Source of the DNA: a virus
Direction: 5' to 3' (one strand)
Virus record (IMG/VR): IMGVR_UViG_3300036781_000179
Span: 9,285 to 73,284 of that record
Length of the DNA: 64,000 bases
Of the stretch, positions 49,015 to 56,597 are shown one piece after another. A program made the translations under genes and the position numbers. Under the pieces are notes generated by a model. The model was not told where the DNA came from. It saw only the letters and a list, made by a program, of their open reading frames with translations, and made no database searches. Each line of letters opens with the position of its first letter. The first letter of the stretch is position 1.

Positions 49015-49022
49015 TATCATTG
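49015..49022 (+). promoter_or_regulatory. putative -7 promoter element (TATCATTG) of tRNA operon leader
   Basis: One mismatch to TAnnTTTG; TTG at 48993; same 4-nt spacing to ATG as at 690, 3886 and 49205. Confidence 0.55.
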
Positions 49023-49026
49023 TACT

Positions 49027-49083
49027 ATGATTAAAACAACAACATATAGTAATTCGGATTGGTCTTTGACCGATGCAGGATAA
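49027..49083 (+). CDS. attenuator leader peptide MIKTTTYSNSDWSLTDAG
   Basis: 18-codon ORF whose codons 4-13 match the anticodons of the downstream tRNA cluster. Confidence 0.75.
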   Translation: MIKTTTYSNSDWSLTDAG

Positions 49084-49102
49084 CTATATGTTAAAATACA
49101 TA

Positions 49103-49141
49103 AGAAAACCCTGCATAGAAATATGTGGGGTTTTCTGTTTT
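49103..49141 (+). terminator. attenuator terminator hairpin
   Basis: 15-bp stem 49103-49117/49122-49136 with GAAA loop and T-rich tail. Confidence 0.85.
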
Positions 49142-49216
49142 AAATACGTCTACTCAAAGGAGCGATAAGCAGTCTCCAATATTATTTATTTGGAGACTAA
49201 TTTGTATATTTGCTGA

Positions 49217-49633
49217 ATGAAATGCACAAAATGTTTAGAAGAAAAATCAGAATTTGATTTCGTATTTAAAAATAAAGTAGCTAATAAAAGACACACAGTA
49301 TGCGGCGTTTGTCAAAGGGAATATAAAAAGAAACATTATTATGAAAATAAACCAGCACATTATGCGCGAAATATTAAAACAAGGATAGAAATAAAAAAAA
49401 TTTATGACGAAGTTAAGGATAACGCTGTATGTATAATTTGTGGTGAAAACGAAAGGTGTTGTATAGATTTTCACCATTTAGACCCAAGTAAAAAAGAGTT
49501 TAATGTGGGTAGGTTAACAACTTATGGATCAAAAATTAAACTTATTAACGAGTTTGAAAAATGTGTACCTCTTTGTGCTAATTGCCATAGAAAACTACAT
49601 GCAGGAGTAATAGAATTAAATATCGGTGTGTAA
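49217..49633 (+). CDS. HNH endonuclease at head of tRNA cluster
   Basis: CTKC/CGVC; 'CIICGE..IDFHHLDP..KCVPLCANCHRKLH'. Confidence 0.85.
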   Translation: MKCTKCLEEKSEFDFVFKNKVANKRHTVCGVCQREYKKKHYYENKPAHYARNIKTRIEIKKIYDEVKDNAVCIICGENERCCIDFHHLDPSKKEFNVGRLTTYGSKIKLINEFEKCVPLCANCHRKLHAGVIELNIGV

Positions 49634-49708
49634 TCAAGTGGTCGAAGATATTGGTCTCCAAAACCAACGGTTTAAAAACCCTCGACAGTTCGAATCTGTC
49701 CACATCTG
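49624..49708 (+). tRNA. tRNA with CCA (Trp) anticodon and long variable arm
   Basis: TTGGT-CTCCAAA-ACCAA arm; GACAG-TTCGAAT-CTGTC T-arm; 1:72 mismatch. Confidence 0.75.
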
Positions 49709-49713
49709 CAAAA

Positions 49714-49785
49714 GGGTAAGTAGCACAGAGGTAGTGCAAATGACTGTTAATCATTAGGTCACAGGTTCGAATCCTTTCTTGCCCT
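49714..49785 (+). tRNA. tRNA-Asn(GTT)
   Basis: GGGTAAG/CTTGCCC acceptor; AATGA-CTGTTAA-TCATT. Confidence 0.85.
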
Positions 49786-49789
49786 CATT

Positions 49790-49862
49790 GCATCCTTAGT
49801 TCAATTGGTAGAACGGCTGCCTTGTAAGCAGTTGGTTGGCGGTTCGATTCCGTCAGGATGCT
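49790..49862 (+). tRNA. tRNA-Thr(TGT)
   Basis: GCATCCT/AGGATGC acceptor; GCTGC-CTTGTAA-GCAGT. Confidence 0.9.
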
Positions 49863-49866
49863 CAAA

Positions 49867-49939
49867 CGTTTCGGCGCATAACGGCTGTTGCGCCTCACTG
49901 TCTATGAGGATTTAGAGGGTTCGACTCCCTTCGGGACGA
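49867..49939 (+). tRNA. tRNA-Asp(GTC)
   Basis: CGTTTCG/CGGGACG acceptor; CCTCA-CTGTCTA-TGAGG. Confidence 0.8.
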
Positions 49940-49944
49940 CAAAT

Positions 49945-50027
49945 AGTAGATTAGCCAAGCGGTACGGCAACTCACTGCTAATGAGTAACACTTTCGGGTG
50001 TCGTTGGTTCGAATCCAACATCTACTA
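49945..50027 (+). tRNA. tRNA-Ser(GCT)
   Basis: AGTAGAT/ATCTACT acceptor; ACTCA-CTGCTAA-TGAGT; long variable arm. Confidence 0.88.
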
Positions 50028-50033
50028 CTTAAT

Positions 50034-50120
50034 AGAGGTTCGTATGGTTGGCGTACTTATCTGTCTTGAAAACAGTGATGGGTTTAAAAGCCCGTGCAGG
50101 TTCGATCCCTGTAGCCTCTT
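50034..50120 (+). tRNA. tRNA-Ser(TGA)
   Basis: AGAGGTT/AGCCTCT acceptor; CTGT-CTTGAAA-ACAG; long variable arm. Confidence 0.8.
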
Positions 50121-50126
50121 CTTAAT

Positions 50127-50210
50127 CCTTTAGCGACAACGTGGGAGTGTTGTGACTGTCTGTAAAACAGTTGGTGTAAACCTTAGTAAGTTCGAATCTT
50201 ACCTATTGGA
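50127..50210 (+). tRNA. tRNA-Tyr(GTA)
   Basis: ACTGT-CTGTAAA-ACAGT; GTAAG-TTCGAAT-CTTAC; imperfect acceptor stem. Confidence 0.75.
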
Positions 50211-50221
50211 CATTCAATTAG

Positions 50222-50260
50222 AAAGCCGACACTGAATTGTACAGATGTCGGCTCATTTTC
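50222..50260. terminator. terminator at convergence of the two transcription arms
   Basis: AGCCGACA/TGTCGGCT stem. Confidence 0.7.
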
Positions 50261-50285
50261 TGAAATATGCTGTGTTAGCCACTCA

Positions 50286-50849
50286 TTAAACTTTAGGTTT
50301 TTTACTTCTCAAATAAATAACAACCACAATCAACACTACAAACACTAATATTGATATACCTATCCACTTGGCATAAGTTGTACCACTGCCTATTGCTGAT
50401 GAGTTCTTGGTTTTCCCGGTACTATCCTTTTTAACTGTGGTATTGGAATCAGTTTTAGTTGTCAATACTCCTGTAGTAAAGGTAGTAACCCCTGATTGTC
50501 TACTTACGTTGCCATTGGTCTTAACGTTACTTGAATCCGAAACCTGATAATGGATTACCTTTCCTTTAGTAGGATATATAACAGTTTTAGTTCCCTGTGA
50601 GTTCTTGGTTTGAACAATACTATCCACTTCTAACGTAGCATCCCTTGACGACCCTGTTTTAGCCTCTGTGGTTGATGATTTTGTTGATTTGGATGTATCT
50701 ACCGATTGCGTGTGTAAACTGTCTGTAGTGGTCTTATTTACAGCCACAGTTGATGACTGTGATACACTTGATGTTTGGGTTGCTACCTTACGTGTCTTGC
50801 AAGCGCAAAACAGGGTGAGTATGGTACATAATGAGATAAAAGTTTTCAT
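50286..50849 (-). CDS. putative unimolecular spanin (lipoprotein with C-terminal TM)
   Basis: Lipobox-like 'LFCAC', Thr/Ser-rich body, C-terminal TM helix and basic tail. Confidence 0.65.
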   Translation of the reverse strand: MKTFISLCTILTLFCACKTRKVATQTSSVSQSSTVAVNKTTTDSLHTQSVDTSKSTKSSTTEAKTGSSRDATLEVDSIVQTKNSQGTKTVIYPTKGKVIHYQVSDSSNVKTNGNVSRQSGVTTFTTGVLTTKTDSNTTVKKDSTGKTKNSSAIGSGTTYAKWIGISILVFVVLIVVVIYLRSKKPKV

Positions 50850-51011
50850 GTTTTTTATATAAAGTTAGTTATTTACTTTCATGTTCAATCCATTCAGAAA
50901 TTTGTAGCAATAAATTAATGATGTAGTCAAGGCAGCAATGAACAATAACCATCACTGCTGAAACAGTTACTAATGCGGTAACAGTTATAACAAGGTGTAG
51001 GATTAGGTCAT

Positions 51012-51602
51012 TCATGGTCTTAATATTGGTATGTAACGTGTCTCTTTATGCGCACCTTTAATCCAAACAGACCATGCTACATCCATAGTTGGTTGTCCTT
51101 TTTTATCCCCTATCTTACGTAAATGCTCCGAAAAATCAGGTCGCCACGTTAGAGGCAAAATGAACTGTGGAGGGTTTTTAGTAAACAATTCATATCTCCC
51201 TTTTGCATGCCAATATTGAGACTTTAGCAACATACAAACAATTTTAGTCCGTTTGCATGCTACCTCTATAAACTCAGCAGATAAATTAAAAGGCGGGTTT
51301 GTGATTATAGCGTCAAATTTATTCCAGTTCATTTGGGTTAAAAAGTTTTCCGTTGCTCCATATGAGGTGCTTATGTCGCTACTATAAACATCATGCCCAT
51401 ACATTTTGATGACATCGCTCATTGCGCCATTGCCGCAAGCGGGTTCATGTATTCTTAATAGGTTATCAAAATGCCAATCGCATTCTTTGTGTAAAAACTT
51501 CATTAGAGAATGGGTAACATTTTTTGGAGTAGGATAGAAGTCTAATTCCCTCCTATTTGCTTGATCTCCACCACAAGCAATTGCTACTGCTTTATTTTTC
51601 AT
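51012..51602 (-). CDS. amino (N6-adenine/N4-cytosine) DNA methyltransferase
   Basis: 'DFYPTP', 'EPACGNG', 'IITNPPF'. Confidence 0.85.
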   Translation of the reverse strand: MKNKAVAIACGGDQANRRELDFYPTPKNVTHSLMKFLHKECDWHFDNLLRIHEPACGNGAMSDVIKMYGHDVYSSDISTSYGATENFLTQMNWNKFDAIITNPPFNLSAEFIEVACKRTKIVCMLLKSQYWHAKGRYELFTKNPPQFILPLTWRPDFSEHLRKIGDKKGQPTMDVAWSVWIKGAHKETRYIPILRP

Positions 51603-51603
51603 G

Positions 51604-51900
51604 TTATGCTAATTTAAGTAAGGTTTCAAAGTCTTCCCGGATAGATTTTATATCAGTAACAGGGTCAACCCCTGATAACAAGTGAGTAAGTTCATGTATA
51701 AGACCATTATCAGCCAATATCTGCACAGGTTCTAATTCCTTTACCCAACTAACAAAACAGGTAAAATGAATAATATCAGGCAACTGTTTAATAAAGTCTT
51801 CATCGGATAGCCCGTTGTAGTATTCATATAGGTGTTTTGTCTTTTTGTAAGAAAAGTCATACTGGTCCTGGTGATTACTTGGGTTGAGAATGTATTTCAT
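51604..51900 (-). CDS. hypothetical protein
   Basis: 98 aa; contains HELTH (HExxH-like). Confidence 0.55.
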   Translation of the reverse strand: MKYILNPSNHQDQYDFSYKKTKHLYEYYNGLSDEDFIKQLPDIIHFTCFVSWVKELEPVQILADNGLIHELTHLLSGVDPVTDIKSIREDFETLLKLA

Positions 51901-52200
51901 AATTTACTCATTAAGATAGCACCGATCGCCAGTAGTATTGATACTTGGGTAAGGTCTATTAACTGGTTTAAGGAGGCTATTAGTTGATACTTGGTCATTA
52001 TCCACTAAATGTGAATGGTTAAATTAGGGGTTTTTAAACAACCTTATAAATGGATCTGTTTTGTAAATATAGTTCGGGTTGGCTTTGATTGAAAAACTAA
52101 ACTGCTTACTTATATGTAAATGCCATTTATAGATTCTTAAATTGAAAATTAGATTACTCATTTTATTTAAATTTTGATTGTTTCTGCTGATAGGATGGGT

Positions 52201-52404
52201 TTAAAGTTTTGGCCCTTTAAGAATTGGGAATGCCTCATTAATATTAAATACCTGTTCTAACCAAATAAACAATTTTAGTTTATGATCGTTCCACCAATTA
52301 ACCCCGGTTACATTCATATCTTCATCATCTGTCATGTAAATTGGAACGCCGTACATACAGCCGTAATGTGTATACCCTTTTAATTTTGCTTCCTGTGGTG
52401 TCAT
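52201..52404 (-). CDS. hypothetical protein
   Basis: 'GYTHYGCMYGVPIY' motif. Confidence 0.55.
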   Translation of the reverse strand: MTPQEAKLKGYTHYGCMYGVPIYMTDDEDMNVTGVNWWNDHKLKLFIWLEQVFNINEAFPILKGPKL

Positions 52405-52417
52405 TTTGATTCTTTAT

Positions 52418-52825
52418 TTAACTGGTGGGGGTTTTCAATAGGTCGGTGTAGTCAACATCTGAAATTGAATCCTTGTCAACTTTGTAATTATCAAAATCCC
52501 AACATTCTACCCTTGCACTATTTATGATCCTGGACCTGAAAGTTTCCAATATGATCAATAACTCCTGTTCTGTATAACAGTGTTGTAATTTTTCACTTGT
52601 GTGCTTTACAAAGGCTTTAAAATTTACATTTTCAAAATTCAAAAATTCGGGCTGTGCTTTCTGCCACCTTGCACCAAGTTCAAATGCATTTCTTCTTGAA
52701 TAAATTAGGTATCTATCAATCTCCGTAATATACCCTTCATAAATTGGGAATCTTTTTTTAGCCGCTTCCTCAACTGTTTCAATTTTTGAAATTGTATCTT
52801 CTTTTTCGTTCATGATTAAACACAT
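52418..52825 (-). CDS. hypothetical protein
   Basis: 'EEAA...AFELGARWQ' small phage motif. Confidence 0.55.
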   Translation of the reverse strand: MCLIMNEKEDTISKIETVEEAAKKRFPIYEGYITEIDRYLIYSRRNAFELGARWQKAQPEFLNFENVNFKAFVKHTSEKLQHCYTEQELLIILETFRSRIINSARVECWDFDNYKVDKDSISDVDYTDLLKTPTS

Positions 52826-53076
52826 TTAATAAAGTCAACTTTGGGGTTAATTGGAACACCGTAGATATTAATTCCATCGTGGTCAACAACTGCTATTTTC
52901 TTTTCGTCCCAATGGTTTTTACAATACTTCCACAAATGTTCTTTCTTTTCATCCGGCCCTTTAATTATAGCCTTAAACGATTCGTCTTTTTCAGTTGGAT
53001 GAACAAGAGTAGCAATGATATATTCATCACCGCCTACGCGCTCTAATTGTACTAATTGGTATTCGTCTGTTTTCAT
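52816..53076 (-). CDS. hypothetical protein
   Basis: 86 aa ORF in packed run. Confidence 0.55.
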   Translation of the reverse strand: MKTDEYQLVQLERVGGDEYIIATLVHPTEKDESFKAIIKGPDEKKEHLWKYCKNHWDEKKIAVVDHDGINIYGVPINPKVDFIKCV

Positions 53077-53124
53077 ACTTCATTCCTTTCCCACCCGTTA
53101 TTCCGGGCAGAGTGTTATTGGGGT

Positions 53125-53337
53125 TTAAAAATTGTGCTTTACTTTTTTACCGCAGCACTTATTTACTTCTGGTGAATCCGGGAATATATTTCTGCCATCG
53201 CTTTCAATTGTTTCTACTGTGCTACTGCCATTACCTAAATATTTAGCGACCGATTTGTACCAGCTTGCGCTACACGGCTCTTTGGCTGCTGCAAACACCT
53301 CCCCGCAAGTTTTACATTTGATTACCTGTATTTTCAT
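53125..53337 (-). CDS. small Cys-containing protein
   Basis: CKTC and CC. Confidence 0.5.
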   Translation of the reverse strand: MKIQVIKCKTCGEVFAAAKEPCSASWYKSVAKYLGNGSSTVETIESDGRNIFPDSPEVNKCCGKKVKHNF

Positions 53338-53582
53338 TATTTAATAAGTTTAAGAGTGTTTTTCAATTCCTCAATTTTTGCGGTTTTAGTAATAATATCC
53401 ATCGGATCATTTTCCAAATCCGCTATCCTATCCTCAATTACTTGGATTATTTGTTGCTTTTGTTGGTCGGACATCCAGTTTGCGCCGGCTTTAAACCCTT
53501 CGTGAAATGTATAGGTATTAGCGGGTTTATCTTTTTTGTAATATTCGGCACCGTATTTGGTTGCTGCTTCATCTATAGTCAT
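53337..53582 (-). CDS. hypothetical protein
   Basis: 'DEAA...GFKAGANW' motif. Confidence 0.55.
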   Translation of the reverse strand: MTIDEAATKYGAEYYKKDKPANTYTFHEGFKAGANWMSDQQKQQIIQVIEDRIADLENDPMDIITKTAKIEELKNTLKLIK

Positions 53583-53767
53583 GCTACTGTCCCTCCCGGT
53601 TCAATCCAATTACTTGGCTTTTTAAATTCTGATTTAAGTTCATTAGCTGAAGTATCAGCATTTAAACATGGGTAATCCTTAATACATTCAGTACCCTGTT
53701 TTATCATTTCTTTTTCTGCACAATCGCAGTTTGGTTTTGTGCATTTGGGTTGGTTGGTGTCTTGCAT
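53579..53767 (-). CDS. small Cys-rich protein
   Basis: Overlap-coupled ORF. Confidence 0.5.
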   Translation of the reverse strand: MQDTNQPKCTKPNCDCAEKEMIKQGTECIKDYPCLNADTSANELKSEFKKPSNWIEPGGTVA

Positions 53768-53769
53768 GG

Positions 53770-54417
53770 TTAAAAAAGCGTTATGGGTTCTTTAAATTTT
53801 CCCAAACAAGACATTAATTCAATGCATAATTGTTCAGGTATTAAACTTCTGTTGTGAGCGTCTTTTCTGCCCTGTGTTCCTGTTTTAGCCCCTCTTGGTG
53901 CCGGAGCATGGTGACAATTTTTATTACCGTTATGGCAGATTGCCCGAGGTGTCCAATCAAGGTTAGTCCATATATCTGTTGGCTTTGCCCTATCATCACC
54001 ATATTGGCAATACCAAACTGTATATCTTGTGAATTCCTGCATCCAAGGCATTTTACGGAGCATACCACGTGGATTTTCAAATGAGTAGGATATTTTAACA
54101 CCCTCCCTTTTTTCCAATTGTTTAATCAATGATATGATATATTGATTGGTATTATCACAGAAAATGGCGTAATCACTAAATGGTATAACGCCGCGTCTGT
54201 GATGAGAGATGGCCGCAATGGTATAAACAGTGCAATCAAAAGAGCAATGCACATGCCGTGTGCCGATAGGAATGTCTTCAAGTTTTAAGTTATTAGCATC
54301 CATTACTAATTGAACACCTTCGTAAGGATGCCAATCGAGACTAAGAACCTCATGTCCTAACTTTTCAGCCGCTCGCCCAATACACCTTGCACCGGCAAAT
54401 AATTCTAATACTTTCAT
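53770..54417 (-). CDS. C5-type DNA methyltransferase-like protein
   Basis: 'VLELFAG', 'ENPRGMLRK', 'YCQYG..RAKPTDIW'; catalytic loop reads SFDC. Confidence 0.8.
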   Translation of the reverse strand: MKVLELFAGARCIGRAAEKLGHEVLSLDWHPYEGVQLVMDANNLKLEDIPIGTRHVHCSFDCTVYTIAAISHHRRGVIPFSDYAIFCDNTNQYIISLIKQLEKREGVKISYSFENPRGMLRKMPWMQEFTRYTVWYCQYGDDRAKPTDIWTNLDWTPRAICHNGNKNCHHAPAPRGAKTGTQGRKDAHNRSLIPEQLCIELMSCLGKFKEPITLF

Positions 54418-54419
54418 GG

Positions 54420-54671
54420 TTAAATTGATTTAGGTGGTGAGGCCGGTAAAGGCATCCAATGAGTATAGGCATCCCATTTTTCATTTGAAATAAGTGAATC
54501 ATCTGATAATAAATCTATGAAACAATCGGAATCGTCATCAATTACTAAAACTCTAACAAATGGTTCAGGCATACAATCGCTACAATTTATCCACTCCCCG
54601 AACTGTTGTTTTACTTCCGGTTGGGTAACTGGAAGTTTTTTATCTTGCGAATATAATTTTGTCGAATCCAT
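54420..54671 (-). CDS. DUF551 protein
   Basis: 'WINCSDCMPE...THWMPLP'. Confidence 0.8.
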   Translation of the reverse strand: MDSTKLYSQDKKLPVTQPEVKQQFGEWINCSDCMPEPFVRVLVIDDDSDCFIDLLSDDSLISNEKWDAYTHWMPLPASPPKSI

Positions 54672-55170
54672 ATTTTATTTCTGCTTGTTTACGTGCGTTA
54701 ATAGCATCTTCTTTTAAAGTGAATGACCCTAAATAAAGACTTTTTTTATTTACTGTTATATAAGCCTTCCATTTACCTCCTGCCGGATATTGTGAAACTC
54801 CTATAAAACCACTTTTGCATTTTCCTAATTTCCTGTTTATGGTGTTATTTGTATAGTTGGTTTTAACAAGGTTGGATATTGCATTATTTAACCCATTACC
54901 ATCTTTGTGATCTATCGGCCTAATCCATTCTCCATGAACTATAAAAAATGCCAATGTATGAGCTAAATACTTACGATATGAAACCCACATCATTCTGTAG
55001 TAACGATCTCCATTAAATTTACCAATGTAACCTGCTTCTTTGTTTGCAAATTTGTCGTTCCATTGTTTTGGCATTTTGTCATTATACTTCCAAATGAAAA
55101 TTCCAGTAATTGGGTCATAATCAACAATTGAATTTAAATAGTATTGATTTATTTCACTTTCAAATTCCAT
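54640..55170 (-). CDS. HNH-AP2 homing endonuclease
   Basis: 'YDPITGIFIW', 'IDHKDGNGLNNAISNL', AP2 'KWKAYI..YLGSF..AINARKQAE'. Confidence 0.9.
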   Translation of the reverse strand: MEFESEINQYYLNSIVDYDPITGIFIWKYNDKMPKQWNDKFANKEAGYIGKFNGDRYYRMMWVSYRKYLAHTLAFFIVHGEWIRPIDHKDGNGLNNAISNLVKTNYTNNTINRKLGKCKSGFIGVSQYPAGGKWKAYITVNKKSLYLGSFTLKEDAINARKQAEIKYGFDKIIFAR

Positions 55171-55193
55171 AATCTTAATTATAAAAAGACTGT

Positions 55194-55320
55194 AAAAAAA
55201 CCCGGCACACCAATGTTGCGTAATAAATCAACCAAAGGAGAGATACCATTGATGGCCGGGATATTTTTAAGTTAAAAATGTTGTCATTTAAAGGGTTAAT
55301 TACTACGCACTACAAATATA
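55194..55320 (-). promoter_or_regulatory. promoter plus structured leader with terminator
   Basis: TATATTTG on minus strand at 55320-55313; CCCGGC/GCCGGG stem with T7 tail. Confidence 0.65.
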
Positions 55321-55396
55321 CTATATATATTTATAAATCAAATAAAAAACTAAAATTAAAAAAGGTAACAAACATGCTAACAGTATTAAATAGGGT

Positions 55397-55588
55397 TTAA
55401 TCGTCCTCATAATCTTTCCTTTTAAAGTATTCATTCATTTCCTGTTCCCATCTTTCGTAATCCTTATGTTGGTCACGCAATTGATTTAAAGCCCAAAATA
55501 CGGCTATTACAAACAGTATCATTACCAAAGGTACAGCAATGTATATTCCTATTTTATCGTGTTGTGAAAGGGTTAATAAGTGGTTCAT
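55397..55588 (-). CDS. small membrane protein
   Basis: One TM helix. Confidence 0.55.
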   Translation of the reverse strand: MNHLLTLSQHDKIGIYIAVPLVMILFVIAVFWALNQLRDQHKDYERWEQEMNEYFKRKDYEDD

Positions 55589-55590
55589 GG

Positions 55591-56250
55591 TTAAAATCTG
55601 TTTGTTGATGTGTCATTAAATATCATCTGTCTTATGTATCTAGTTGTTTGAATGGCAATGGCGTTTGCTATACCTTCAAATGTTTTTGAACTATCTTTTT
55701 GAGATATGTTTTTGAACATATATGATTGACCTCTTTTTTTCCCACCTGTGTTACTTGGTAGATAGGGAACGTAATCATCAATTATATGAGTTGGCCTAAT
55801 ATCAGGTAATCCAACATTCCACAATAGCGTTTTCTTACTAAATCCATGTCCATGCTCAAATGGTTGAATTGCTTGGCTATGCGGAGGTAATCCGATAATT
55901 TTTAATGGAACTGGATTTTCTATCCTTTTAAAAGGTATTGGCGCATCTAACATCTTCATAAAAAACTCTTTTGCTTCCATCCCTAATTTTAATCTGTTTT
56001 CACAAACAATACCTGATGTTGGATACATCCATCTTGCCCCAGCCTTGGACATGTAAGTACATGGTGGATGCGCTATTAATACTTGATATTTAAACGGTAT
56101 GTAAGCCTCTTCAACTGCATCTCCTTTAATATGCCATTCAGGATGACCTCCTGAACAGTCCTGTGTGTCACAAGAATAAGCTTCAACACCTAATTTTCTA
56201 AATGCAATTGTTATTGCTTGACTTTCTTCACAGGCTACTAATACTTTCAT
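55591..56250 (-). CDS. phage DNA cytosine methyltransferase-like protein
   Basis: 'VLVACEESQ', 'AHPPCTY', 'IENPV', 'KKTLLW', 'SKTFEGIA'. Confidence 0.85.
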   Translation of the reverse strand: MKVLVACEESQAITIAFRKLGVEAYSCDTQDCSGGHPEWHIKGDAVEEAYIPFKYQVLIAHPPCTYMSKAGARWMYPTSGIVCENRLKLGMEAKEFFMKMLDAPIPFKRIENPVPLKIIGLPPHSQAIQPFEHGHGFSKKTLLWNVGLPDIRPTHIIDDYVPYLPSNTGGKKRGQSYMFKNISQKDSSKTFEGIANAIAIQTTRYIRQMIFNDTSTNRF

Positions 56251-56252
56251 GG

Positions 56253-56597
56253 TTATTTATTTAAGTTTTCAATAAGTTCCCAAACTAATTTCTGTTTATC
56301 CAAGTCTAAGGCAAACATCCTATAAACTGTTTCTGAATGACTTTCCACTGCTTTAAGGAATATATCCCGTTCAACACTGGATAACTTCTTCATAAACTCA
56401 TACTGTACAATGTTTTTAAGGGCATTACAGACGTTCTCAGCCTCAATAACCTTAGTATGGGTATTCTTAGCGTTACGCTCCTTTAAAATAGGTTGTAGGG
56501 CATCCAAATAATCCGTAACAAGGGTTAAACTGAATAATGATCCGTACAATACGGAAAAATCTATTTGTTGGTCTTCTGTTAGTTCAAGTTCACTCAT
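56253..56597 (-). CDS. hypothetical protein
   Basis: 114 aa ORF. Confidence 0.55.
   Translation of the reverse strand: MSELELTEDQQIDFSVLYGSLFSLTLVTDYLDALQPILKERNAKNTHTKVIEAENVCNALKNIVQYEFMKKLSSVERDIFLKAVESHSETVYRMFALDLDKQKLVWELIENLNK

Noticed and set aside
49888-50133. 81-aa ORF
   Set aside because: Lies over tRNA-Asp and both tRNA-Ser genes
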